Shown here: in pieces, positions 18,640-26,625 of the stretch
Numbering within the stretch: the first letter of the stretch is position 1
How the letters are laid out: every line of letters starts with the position of its first letter
Virus record (IMG/VR): IMGVR_UViG_3300020046_004224
Source of the DNA: a virus
Lineage: Duplodnaviria > Caudoviricetes
DNA: 64,000 nucleotides
Reading direction: 5' to 3' (one strand)
Translations under genes and position numbers: made by a program
Notes under the pieces: generated by a model
Told to the model about the DNA's origin: nothing
The model's database searches: none
Seen by the model: only the letters and a program-made list of their open reading frames with translations

Positions 18640-19578
18640 TTATCTGTAGAGATAATCTGGTAGATTGAAATGTTCTTTAACTTTATTCGCAGCGTCTATC
18701 TCAGAAGAAAATCTCAAATAGACGATCCCCTTCTTATCTTTCTTCAACGAAAATATCCATTCATCTCTCTTCGAATCATACGAAACATATTTGTATTTTG
18801 ATTTTGGGATATAAACTGTTTTGATTTTTTTATTGATTGCTTTATTCTGTCTAGAAAATGGTGAAATATTTTTACTGTCAATATTATAATCTTTACACCA
18901 TTTTTTAATAGTATTTCCAGTCTTTAACCCAAAATTCTTTGCCACACATTCCATTGATTTAGTAGTCAATAATAAAATCAATTCCTCTTTGGATGGACGG
19001 ACAGCTTTACGTCTACGCTCTCCATCACATGCGATACACTTACCTCTTTTATTATTTTTACAAATAACATTATCACACTTTTCACATCGAGGCAGAGTTT
19101 TCTTATGCCTTTTTCCTGCATAAGTCTCTGTCTGTGAATGACAGTTGGGGCACAAGAATGATAAATTGGATATTGTGTTATCGTCTGATATTCCGTTTTT
19201 ATGTTCCAGTTGTAGAGTGAGTGATTTATTATTCCATTCTGGAAGAATCCCACATTCATCACATATATATGGTACTAAATTAAATCTTAAAACGTATATC
19301 TTTACTTGATTTCTTGATATATATAACTTATTATCTATAATATCTCTAAACTTAGCTTCCGTCATCGTTCGAGTCAAAATAGATGATTTCTCTCTATTAA
19401 GAAAGTGGGAATGATCTACATTCAGAGCTTTCATTCGTTGTTTACATGTAATAAAATTATTACCTTTATTTTGTAATCCGAATGTTCGCAACAATTCCGA
19501 CATCGTTTTTGAATTTTTGACTCTTGTGATGAACTCATCATCAGGTATTGACCATATTATACTAGTTCTTTTTCTCAT
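18640..19578 (-). CDS. HNH homing endonuclease with HTH and AP2-like C-terminus
   Basis: LQLEHKNG...DN..SNL.FLCPNCHSQT; SKYKYVSY......W. Confidence 0.88.
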   Translation of the reverse strand: MRKRTSIIWSIPDDEFITRVKNSKTMSELLRTFGLQNKGNNFITCKQRMKALNVDHSHFLNREKSSILTRTMTEAKFRDIIDNKLYISRNQVKIYVLRFNLVPYICDECGILPEWNNKSLTLQLEHKNGISDDNTISNLSFLCPNCHSQTETYAGKRHKKTLPRCEKCDNVICKNNKRGKCIACDGERRRKAVRPSKEELILLLTTKSMECVAKNFGLKTGNTIKKWCKDYNIDSKNISPFSRQNKAINKKIKTVYIPKSKYKYVSYDSKRDEWIFSLKKDKKGIVYLRFSSEIDAANKVKEHFNLPDYLYR

Positions 19579-19639
19579 TACACTTACTTACATAAGTAGT
19601 AATAGATTGTATACATGTATTATTGGTTCGTTACTTTTT

Positions 19640-19714
19640 TGGTAGCCTCTCCCAGATTCAAACTGGGAATGTCGCAGTCAAAGTGCGAAGTGTTGTCAAT
19701 TACACCAAGAGGCT
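19640..19714 (-). tRNA. tRNA-Gln(TTG)
   Basis: TCGCA-CTTTGAC-TGCGA, CCA. Confidence 0.9.
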
Positions 19715-19729
19715 ATCTTTTTACTAAAT

Positions 19730-19803
19730 TGGCAGCGAATGAAGGTATTGCGCCCTCTTTCCAGGGGTTGGAAGCCTGTACATTACTTTTATGTTAACTC
19801 GCT
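19730..19803 (-). tRNA. tRNA-Trp(CCA)
   Basis: loop TTCCAAC, A1-U72, G73. Confidence 0.75.
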
Positions 19804-19989
19804 ATTTCTTTTCTTTACTTTACACTATATACTTATCTTTGTCAACCTCTTTTGATATGTTATCTAAAATGCTCTTGGTTATCTTATTTTGATTTTCGAT
19901 AAATAATTTAAACAATTCATGGGCCTGTCCCTCGGTTACAGAACGGTCTATATCTGATGGACAATCGGGGATAGGTGTTGTAAATTCAA

Positions 19990-20250
19990 TCATATTTTTA
20001 TAAAATCTTCGTTATCATATTTACCGTGTACGATATTCATTGCGAAAGCAAGACCGACAGGACCGCTCATAGGCTGAACACTGACGATTTCGTGTATCAA
20101 AAATTCAGGACTCATGCGCCGAATCATAGGAATCATGATTTTAGAAAAATCTGGAACTGCGGGTTCTACTACTTTTGGTAGTAACGGTGCAACAACAGTC
20201 GCAACCACGGTTCCGAATAATTTCTTGAAAAATGTACGTCTTGAATTCAT
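19990..20250 (-). CDS. Tat-signal-like mini-protein carrying a gp23 major-capsid (Gol-region) segment
   Basis: SRRTFFK plus hydrophobic stretch; IPMIRR..P.......SVQPMSGPVGLAFAM. Confidence 0.7.
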   Translation of the reverse strand: MNSRRTFFKKLFGTVVATVVAPLLPKVVEPAVPDFSKIMIPMIRRMSPEFLIHEIVSVQPMSGPVGLAFAMNIVHGKYDNEDFIKI

Positions 20251-20255
20251 TTTTA

Positions 20256-20338
20256 TGGAGCTAACGGTCAGATTCGCACTGACGGTGTGGTATTCATTCT
20301 TACAAGGAATGCGCTTTCGACTTCTCAGCCACGTTAGC
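20256..20338 (-). tRNA. tRNA-Thr(TGT)
   Basis: CATTC-CTTGTAA-GAATG, CCA, enlarged variable loop. Confidence 0.85.
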
Positions 20339-20354
20339 AATTTTATTAACTTTT

Positions 20355-20431
20355 TGGTACTCCTGACAAGATTCGAACTTGCATCAAAATCGCCCTTAAC
20401 GATTCGCCTCTACCAATTGGGCTACAGGAGC
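20355..20431 (-). tRNA. tRNA-Leu(AAG), short variable region
   Basis: AATCG-TTAAGGG-CGATT, Leu-type D loop, A73-CCA. Confidence 0.8.
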
Positions 20432-20436
20432 ATTTA

Positions 20437-20838
20437 CTACTCAAACTTTAACTCTTTTTCTTCTTTTGTCAATGAGATATTCTTCTCAAAAGGATACTCG
20501 TTGTAAAATATAACATTATACCACCATCCGATATATTCCTGTTCAGGACATCCACCATCATCGTCATAAGGCAATGCATCATACAACTCATGAACCTTTT
20601 CTACATTCTTTTCGAGGAATGCATCCAATATATCCAATTGTCTTTGAAGTTGATCACCAGTAAAATTTTTCGCCAACCGCTGTCTTTCCTGTTCGGGAAA
20701 GAACTCATATTCCTTTGTGATTGTTTTTACAATTTTCATTTTTTTCATATATTGGTTTATAAGGTCTATTACAAATAGATCAGACTCCTTCCAACTTTCT
20801 CTCGCATCATTCGCAAAACATATATCGGATATACTCAT
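20437..20838 (-). CDS. hypothetical protein
   Basis: start re-called downstream of tRNA-Gly. Confidence 0.55.
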   Translation of the reverse strand: MSISDICFANDARESWKESDLFVIDLINQYMKKMKIVKTITKEYEFFPEQERQRLAKNFTGDQLQRQLDILDAFLEKNVEKVHELYDALPYDDDGGCPEQEYIGWWYNVIFYNEYPFEKNISLTKEEKELKFE

Positions 20839-20841
20839 ATT

Positions 20842-20916
20842 TGGTGCGGTATGTCGGAATCGAACCGACATATGAAACTTGGAAGGCTCCCATAATAACC
20901 ATTATATTAATACCGC
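20842..20916 (-). tRNA. tRNA-Gly(TCC)
   Basis: loop CTTCCAA, CCA. Confidence 0.9.
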
Positions 20917-21002
20917 ATAAAATTGTGCGCTCTACTTTATCCCCTATCACTGTCGAATATCACAGTATAGATTCGGGGGTTGAAACACAAATTCGATTTC
21001 AT

Positions 21003-21075
21003 TATCAAAGGTGAGATTTGAAACTCACACATCCCCTGCAAGCAAGAGGGCATTCTCCATTAAATTACTTCGATA
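21003..21075 (-). pseudogene. degenerate tRNA-like element
   Basis: ATCGAAG/CTTTGAT acceptor, D and T arms, non-canonical anticodon loop, no CCA. Confidence 0.5.
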
Positions 21076-21082
21076 AAATTAT

Positions 21083-21343
21083 TTATACTTCAATTGTCAC
21101 ATACTCAACAACCTTTACATAAGACTTTTTTTGTTTTACCATGATAACTTTAACCTCCTCAAGGGCAGTTTTAACCGCTTCCATACTATAAAACAAAGTT
21201 GGAGATGGACTTGACCAACCATCTCTTAATGGTACAAATTCTGATGCAACAACCCAAAACAATCCTAGCCATAATTGTTTCACAAAGTAAACCGTGTTTC
21301 CTCTGTCATTTAACTGTTCGTATATTCTAAATTTCTTCTTCAT
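21083..21343 (-). CDS. hypothetical protein
   Basis: ORF. Confidence 0.55.
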   Translation of the reverse strand: MKKKFRIYEQLNDRGNTVYFVKQLWLGLFWVVASEFVPLRDGWSSPSPTLFYSMEAVKTALEEVKVIMVKQKKSYVKVVEYVTIEV

Positions 21344-21381
21344 ATTTTTGTTAGTTTAACGTAGCACAACCGTTGATGATG

Positions 21382-21597
21382 TCAAGAGACTTTGTAAACC
21401 AATGATTCGCCATCTTTAACAACTTCTATCAAGTCTTTCATATCAAATCGTATAGACATCTCAGGAATACCAAACGGACTAACATCCACAGACCCGTCTG
21501 ATTTTCTCCAATGCTCGACGTATGTACTGAACCATCTTCCCCTCGGAACGCACCAAAGAGTACCTTTAAATTCATCGCCCTTCATAACATTATTCAT
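21382..21597 (-). CDS. hypothetical protein
   Basis: ORF. Confidence 0.5.
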   Translation of the reverse strand: MNNVMKGDEFKGTLWCVPRGRWFSTYVEHWRKSDGSVDVSPFGIPEMSIRFDMKDLIEVVKDGESLVYKVS

Positions 21598-22198
21598 GTG
21601 TGCCTCCGTCTAAGAACATTTTCCATTCATCACGCATAAAATTGAAGATCATTCCATTTTTTGGCTTAACAGGCTTTCTCACAAGCTTTAAACCACATTC
21701 TTTCGGAGTTCTGTCACCTTTCCAAATATTGAGCGCCTTATCACACGTCGCCAAATTTTCCCAACTGTTCTGACCGCCTCTTGAGCTAGGCAAAATATGA
21801 TCGATACTGACAGATTCTCTATCAAGTTTCTTACCAGTGTATTGACAGGTGTAGTCATCTCTTTGCCATATATTAGACTTGGTAGGAAATACAACTTTCT
21901 TAAAAATGATTTTGTTGAAACTTGCACATACAATGATTGCAGGAAGACGAAATTCTTCTTTTGAAGTTTTCACAGATTCGTCATATGATCGAACTGGTAA
22001 TTTTCTCCAATCTTCGAAATCACGAACAACTTCCATATATTCGATTTTATTCTTGTTTATATTTCCGTCTTCGTCGATTTCATAAGAAATATCAATAGGG
22101 AATGCCGCACCCGATATTATATCAATCATGGCGGTTTTCCAGTTACTAACTCCACATGGAAAAAATCCCTTTGTTAATTTTAATATTTCTTGTTTCAT
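21590..22198 (-). CDS. HNH endonuclease (McrA-like)
   Basis: RD.YTCQYTG......SIDHILP.SRGG.NSWENL.TC....N..KG.RTP. Confidence 0.88.
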   Translation of the reverse strand: MKQEILKLTKGFFPCGVSNWKTAMIDIISGAAFPIDISYEIDEDGNINKNKIEYMEVVRDFEDWRKLPVRSYDESVKTSKEEFRLPAIIVCASFNKIIFKKVVFPTKSNIWQRDDYTCQYTGKKLDRESVSIDHILPSSRGGQNSWENLATCDKALNIWKGDRTPKECGLKLVRKPVKPKNGMIFNFMRDEWKMFLDGGTHE

Positions 22199-22509
22199 TG
22201 ATTACTCTACATTAAATCCTTTCATCTGTCAACAGCATTCGCCGATTATTCCGCGCACGGCTTGATATATACTAAAGAATAAATTCTTCCTACCGACTCC
22301 TAGTTTATGTATATCCCAATAATGTGTTGAAATTTATTCGTCCAAAGGTTTTAATTCTAAACTAGAATAAACCTCTTCTCTAACTTTTGAATCCATCATC
22401 ACTGCGAATGCAATATTTAATAATTGTATTCTAATACATGTGAGTTCGTAACTAGAAAATCCATGGCAGTCTCTGAGGTCTTCTAAAATTTTATCGATTG
22501 TTGGTGTTT

Positions 22510-22722
22510 TCATTTCCAAACTTTCTTATAGATTCTCATTTTTGTTTCTATGCTTGGCGAATCGCCTTCATAGTAGCAACCACCATAATCAGTTTCAGAA
22601 CTAATATCTATTCGAACATCAGCATTTTCAAAAACAGTATAACGGTATGAATCGATAATAGTCTCTGAAACTAGTTCTAGATGTTCGGTGAAGGGTTTTT
22701 TTGTAGTTTTCTTTTTTGCCAT
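22510..22722 (-). CDS. hypothetical protein
   Basis: ORF. Confidence 0.5.
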   Translation of the reverse strand: MAKKKTTKKPFTEHLELVSETIIDSYRYTVFENADVRIDISSETDYGGCYYEGDSPSIETKMRIYKKVWK

Positions 22723-22723
22723 A

Positions 22724-23176
22724 TTATTGTAACTTACTTCCTACCAATGTTGAAATTGTTCTGTTATCAGTTGCACCATTTACAAGCTCTGAAACACGTT
22801 TGATAACCTTACCCATATCCTTCTTAGATGTGGCTCCAAGCTGTGCAATAACACCGTCAACGAGGATTTCGAGTTGCATATCAGTCAGTGCAGGAGGAAG
22901 ATATTCGCGGAGTAATTGCATCTCCAAAAGTTCCGTTGCTGCTAATTCGATTCTGTTTTCCTTTGTAAAAATATTAAAGGAATCTTCTCGTTGTGCAACT
23001 TGTTTACGAATAATACTAAGTGCCTCAGTATCCTCTAAGGGCGTATTAACATTTCCTTTGATAATTGCGGCATTTGTGAATGCATTTTTAAGTTGCCGCA
23101 ACATTGCAAGCTTGGTTTTATCAGACTTGCGCATTGCATCCTTGATATCTTCGTTAATTTGTTCTTGTAGTTTCAT
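22724..23176 (-). CDS. yqeY: GatB/YqeY domain protein
   Basis: D.K.AM...D...L..LR, K....R.DS...F....R.ELA, YLP..L, KDMGKV. Confidence 0.9.
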   Translation of the reverse strand: MKLQEQINEDIKDAMRKSDKTKLAMLRQLKNAFTNAAIIKGNVNTPLEDTEALSIIRKQVAQREDSFNIFTKENRIELAATELLEMQLLREYLPPALTDMQLEILVDGVIAQLGATSKKDMGKVIKRVSELVNGATDNRTISTLVGSKLQ

Positions 23177-23462
23177 CTTTTAATATTTTTTCAGTTTTCT
23201 TTTTTCACATCGTCTGCCGCAAACTTTACATTTTCCATATTGTCCAATATGAGTCAAATCGCATCTACACCAGAAATATTCTTTCTTTGCCGTGAGACTC
23301 TTTTCTCTATTGGTTTTGGAATATTCCATAAATTTACCATTCTCGAAAAACGGCATCCCAATCGACAGATTCTACCTCTTCTTCGGTAAAGAATAAACTC
23401 AGAGTTATTGCTGGTTCATCTCTAGATTCTATTTGGGTTGATTCATTCATACTTTAAAAAAT

Positions 23463-23619
23463 TGGTCGAAAAGGATAGGGGATGTCCTATCGTTTCGATG
23501 ACTTTCATCATCACATCATACACTCCTTGCCATCCGGTAAGGGTTAGCGCCAGTAACGGGTAGGATTTCTATCATAGCTAATAGAAATATACTGCTTGCC
23601 ACACTCAGCTACTTCTCGA
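23463..23619 (-). ncRNA. tRNA-scaffold RNA with branched anticodon domain
   Basis: CGAGAAG/CTTTTCG-ACCA, D arm, GATGAT-GAAA-GTCATC variable arm, GATAGG/CCTATC arm. Confidence 0.7.
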
Positions 23620-23629
23620 TTTTAAAAAT

Positions 23630-23705
23630 TGGTGGGCTAGACACGACTTGAACGTGCAACTTAGAAATTAAAAGTTTCTTATTCTACCAATTGAATTACT
23701 AACCC
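23630..23705 (-). tRNA. tRNA-Lys(TTT)
   Basis: AGAAA-CTTTTAA-TTTCT, CCA. Confidence 0.9.
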
Positions 23706-23722
23706 GATTCTATACTATACAC

Positions 23723-23768
23723 TGCATTGAACTTAAATCAACAAAAACATTGATTTAAGTTCAATGCA
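23723..23768. repeat. perfect 19-bp inverted repeat in a divergent promoter region
   Basis: TGCATTGAACTTAAATCAA-8nt-TTGATTTAAGTTCAATGCA. Confidence 0.85.
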
Positions 23769-23784
23769 TCGCTAAATACTTAAT

Positions 23785-24822
23785 ATGAAAAAATGTTTAA
23801 TATGCGATTTATCTCTTAGTGGCAAACAACGATTATTCTGTTCCAGATTATGTAAAGACAAACACTATGCAACCATGGATGATTCTTTAGACGCACCTCT
23901 TATAGAAGAAATAAAAATGTTGTATAATAGTGGTTTAAGTTTTCGACATATAGCAATACTAAAAGGTATTCCCAAACTCGTTCTTTGGAAATTAGGGCGA
24001 ACGGGGGTGGTCCCTTCCCGAACACGGGGTCAACAAGCAACTTTAACCAATACAGGACGCACACAAAGTCCAGAATCTAGGGAGAAAATATCCAAGGCAA
24101 GAAAAAAATTCTTATCCGAGAATCCAAATATGGTGCCGTATAAACTAAATCATAAGCACACCAAAATATCTTACCCAGAACAATACTTCATAGAATGTTT
24201 TCAAAACAAATTCGTCTATCAGCACAGAGTTTCAACATATACCTTAGATTTTGCTGATATCGAAAATAAACTGGATATAGAAATTGATGGATGTCAACAT
24301 CGTTTAGACCCTAAAATTGTTAATCATGATTGGAAAAGAAACATATACTTAACTGAACATGGATGGAATGTTTTACGAATAAACTGGTCAATCTTTAAAA
24401 GTCTTCCACCAGAAAACCAACGAAATATAGTGAAAGATATACTACAGGATATTGTTCCTAGTTCTTCGTCGATATCGTTCTATCCAGCAAACATTGCTAT
24501 ATCTAATGAAGAATTTATGATAAATATTCAGAGATTAAAGAATCGTAATATATGTCCTATATGTGGTTCGCATAAATGTGCAGAATCTATAAACTGCTCC
24601 AAATGTGCAGGCAGCACCCGAGTTAAAATACCCTGGCCCTCTGTTGAAGAAATGTCAAAGATGATCTGGGAAATTCCTGCAACTCGGATTGCACAAAATA
24701 TGGGAATATCAGACAATGCTGTTATCAAATTCTGTCGAAAACATAATATCTCAAAACCAGAGCGTGGATATTGGCAAAAACTATATGGTGGAGACACGGA
24801 GAGTCGCGCTCCGAATTCCTAA
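23785..24822 (+). CDS. homing endonuclease (NUMOD3 + DUF559/Vsr-like)
   Basis: TGRTQSPESREKIS, YTLDFA.....LDIEIDG.QH...R..YL...GW.V.RI.W. Confidence 0.82.
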   Translation: MKKCLICDLSLSGKQRLFCSRLCKDKHYATMDDSLDAPLIEEIKMLYNSGLSFRHIAILKGIPKLVLWKLGRTGVVPSRTRGQQATLTNTGRTQSPESREKISKARKKFLSENPNMVPYKLNHKHTKISYPEQYFIECFQNKFVYQHRVSTYTLDFADIENKLDIEIDGCQHRLDPKIVNHDWKRNIYLTEHGWNVLRINWSIFKSLPPENQRNIVKDILQDIVPSSSSISFYPANIAISNEEFMINIQRLKNRNICPICGSHKCAESINCSKCAGSTRVKIPWPSVEEMSKMIWEIPATRIAQNMGISDNAVIKFCRKHNISKPERGYWQKLYGGDTESRAPNS

Positions 24823-24860
24823 TTGCAAGTTAGGTGTGTTACTGTTAGCACTATGCCCCC
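24786..24860 (-). tRNA. tRNA-Ala(TGC)
   Basis: CCTAA-CTTGCAA-TTAGG, G3:U70, ACCA. Confidence 0.9.
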
Positions 24861-24871
24861 TTATATCTTTA

Positions 24872-24946
24872 CGGTCTAGATAGTGAGTACCGCCCTCACA
24901 TCCACTGAATCCCAAATTCAGGGCATTACTTGTCTGCCATATCTAG
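24872..24946 (-). tRNA. tRNA-Pro(TGG)
   Basis: CTGAA-TTTGGGA-TTCAG, C1-G72, A73. Confidence 0.8.
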
Positions 24947-25009
24947 ATTAAATCTTTCGGAAAATTATAAACTTAATATTCCCTGCCCTTGTCAATTCAA
25001 GTCGTTATG

Positions 25010-25084
25010 TGCCGATTGCGGAAGTCGAATCCGCATTTTCCAGTTTGAAAAACTAGTGCTCTAGTCCAGTTAAGCTAAATCGGC
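25010..25084 (-). tRNA. tRNA-Glu(TTC)
   Basis: CTAGT-TTTTCAA-ACTGG. Confidence 0.78.
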
Positions 25085-25095
25085 TTTTGTGAAAT

Positions 25096-25191
25096 TGGTG
25101 GGCGGGAATTCTCGCTATTATGAAATACGTTTCACGATACTTTCAGCCATACGAGCTTAGGAAATCATGAGGTACTTGTCAAGCGCCGCCC
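25096..25191 (-). ncRNA. ACCA-tailed structured RNA without a cloverleaf
   Basis: GGGCGG/CCGCCC-ACCA, CGCT/AGCG, GTGAAA-CGTA-TTTCAT. Confidence 0.6.
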
Positions 25192-25220
25192 ATTTAAAAC
25201 TATCTTTTTAATTGATTATA

Positions 25221-25455
25221 TTTTACAAAAGGTGTGCTTCTACGCCAAAGAAGAATCAAGCCTTACCAGTTACGGGGTACTCTTTTACTTTCCACGGTTA
25301 GACGGTATCCAACTTGAGTATCAATATCTAACTTTGATATACTCAAGTCACCACAATCATTAGTTACTTAAAACTAACTCGTTGGCATCGGAGGCCCGCG
25401 TTTCGCTTCACTCATTAAAGATGGCTGCTTCTAAGCCAACTACCTTTTTATAAAA
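25221..25455 (-). ncRNA. 23S rRNA GTPase-associated-centre (H43/H44) mimic RNA
   Basis: GTTGGCTTAGAAGCAGCCATC...TTTAATGAGTG[insert]GCGTAGAAGCACAC closed by a terminal stem. Confidence 0.8.
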
Positions 25456-25461
25456 AAAACT

Positions 25462-25577
25462 TTCTGATTATAGGACTCGAACCTATACCTACTTAATGTC
25501 GTATCTAATACTCTAGTCGGAATTGCACCGATTTCCGCCCCTCGACGGGGTTGTGCTGCCATTAACACCAAATCAAA
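25462..25577 (-). ncRNA. tRNA-like RNA with two T-arm-like hairpins
   Basis: TTTGATT/AATCAGA, D arm GTGT/GCAC, TCGG-TGCAATT-CCGA and ATAGG-TTCGAGT-CCTAT. Confidence 0.55.
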
Positions 25578-25580
25578 AAT

Positions 25581-25655
25581 TGGCGTCCCCTGTTGGAATT
25601 GAACCAACGTTTATAGTTCGAGAAACTATTATCCTAACCGCTAGACGAAGGGGAC
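25581..25655 (-). tRNA. tRNA-Glu(CTC)
   Basis: ATAGT-TTCTCGA-ACTAT, GTCCCCT/AGGGGAC-GCCA. Confidence 0.9.
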
Positions 25656-25680
25656 ATTTGCTACTACTCACTAAGATACA

Positions 25681-26001
25681 TCAGGTTTCAGAAGAGTCAA
25701 GAAGTTTTTGAAATTCTCGGAGCTTCCAGATCATACTCAATGCATACTTCATTTTGAGTTCTTCTCTTGAAAACATTTTTGGGTCTTCTGCTATCTTGTA
25801 TTCGCCACCAGAATGATTGCAATATTCTTTCCAAGAAACTCTCTTCATTTCAGGAGATTCATCATAATCAAATTTAGGAAATGCACCATAACTATAGAAT
25901 CCAACATGCTTGCCCACCTGAACATCACATTCTTGATGCTCTAGCAAATCTTTCTCTAGTGCATTTGCTGCAAAATATGCTAATAATATGTTTTCATTCA
26001 T
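25681..26001 (-). CDS. hypothetical protein
   Basis: ORF. Confidence 0.55.
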   Translation of the reverse strand: MNENILLAYFAANALEKDLLEHQECDVQVGKHVGFYSYGAFPKFDYDESPEMKRVSWKEYCNHSGGEYKIAEDPKMFSREELKMKYALSMIWKLREFQKLLDSSET

Positions 26002-26019
26002 TCTATCATTTCTTAATTT

Positions 26020-26097
26020 TGGCTCCTACCCGTGGTTACGATCCACGCTTATCGAGATTAACAGTCTCGCGCTTAACACCAAGCCAGCCCGATAGGA
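26020..26097 (-). tRNA. tRNA-Asn(GTT)
   Basis: CGAGA-CTGTTAA-TCTCG, G73-CCA. Confidence 0.88.
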
Positions 26098-26100
26098 ATT

Positions 26101-26337
26101 TTATATTCTCGTTTCTTTATCCAATTCGACGAACTCTTTCCATAAACTCAAAATTTCTTCTTTTTTCGACGAATTGTTCATTTTGAACACCGTCTTTTCT
26201 TTCTCCCATAACTTAACATTCATTTCGAAATCGTCAAACGCTTTGTCTAATCTTTTTCCTTGGTCAATAACTTTTTGAACTCTTTCTATAAATTCTTTAT
26301 CGATTAAATCAATATCATATTGAAAAGAATTATCCAT
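26101..26337 (-). CDS. hypothetical protein
   Basis: ORF. Confidence 0.5.
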   Translation of the reverse strand: MDNSFQYDIDLIDKEFIERVQKVIDQGKRLDKAFDDFEMNVKLWEKEKTVFKMNNSSKKEEILSLWKEFVELDKETRI

Positions 26338-26523
26338 ATATTAATCTGCCGCTCTGTTTATTTCAAATGCTTCTAACCCACACACCTTTGCAACAGTACC
26401 ATCTTCACAGTAAAGTGCAACTTCTAATCTCTGCGTCTGCTCAACTTTGACAACTTTTTTACCTTTATAGTGTGGATAAAATGATAAAACGTATTGTGCA
26501 GTTTCTATCTTATTCATAAATTT

Positions 26524-26599
26524 TGGTTGCTTGAGTCGGTTACGATCCGACCTATATAGTTCTTCAAACTATCGCTTTCACCAGATTAGCTTTCAAGCA
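26524..26599 (-). tRNA. tRNA-Phe(GAA)
   Basis: ATAGT-TTGAAGA-ACTAT, CCA. Confidence 0.88.
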
Positions 26600-26625
26600 A
26601 TTAATATATTTCTTTAATCATTTTT

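Noticed and set aside
19730-19803. Gly(UCC) tRNA with an expanded frameshifting loop
   Set aside because: A1-U72, G73 and loop register fit Trp(CCA) with a C31xC39 mismatch
22716-23183. Plus-strand 155-aa ORF and similar antisense ORFs across tRNAs and genes
   Set aside because: Shadow frames of well-supported opposite-strand features
23538-23548. CUAACCCU telomerase-template-like loop
   Set aside because: An 8-nt match is expected by chance and there is no reverse transcriptase in the window
25221-25455. Host rRNA gene or assembly contamination
   Set aside because: Only two short blocks match, separated by non-rRNA structure and embedded in phage tRNA context
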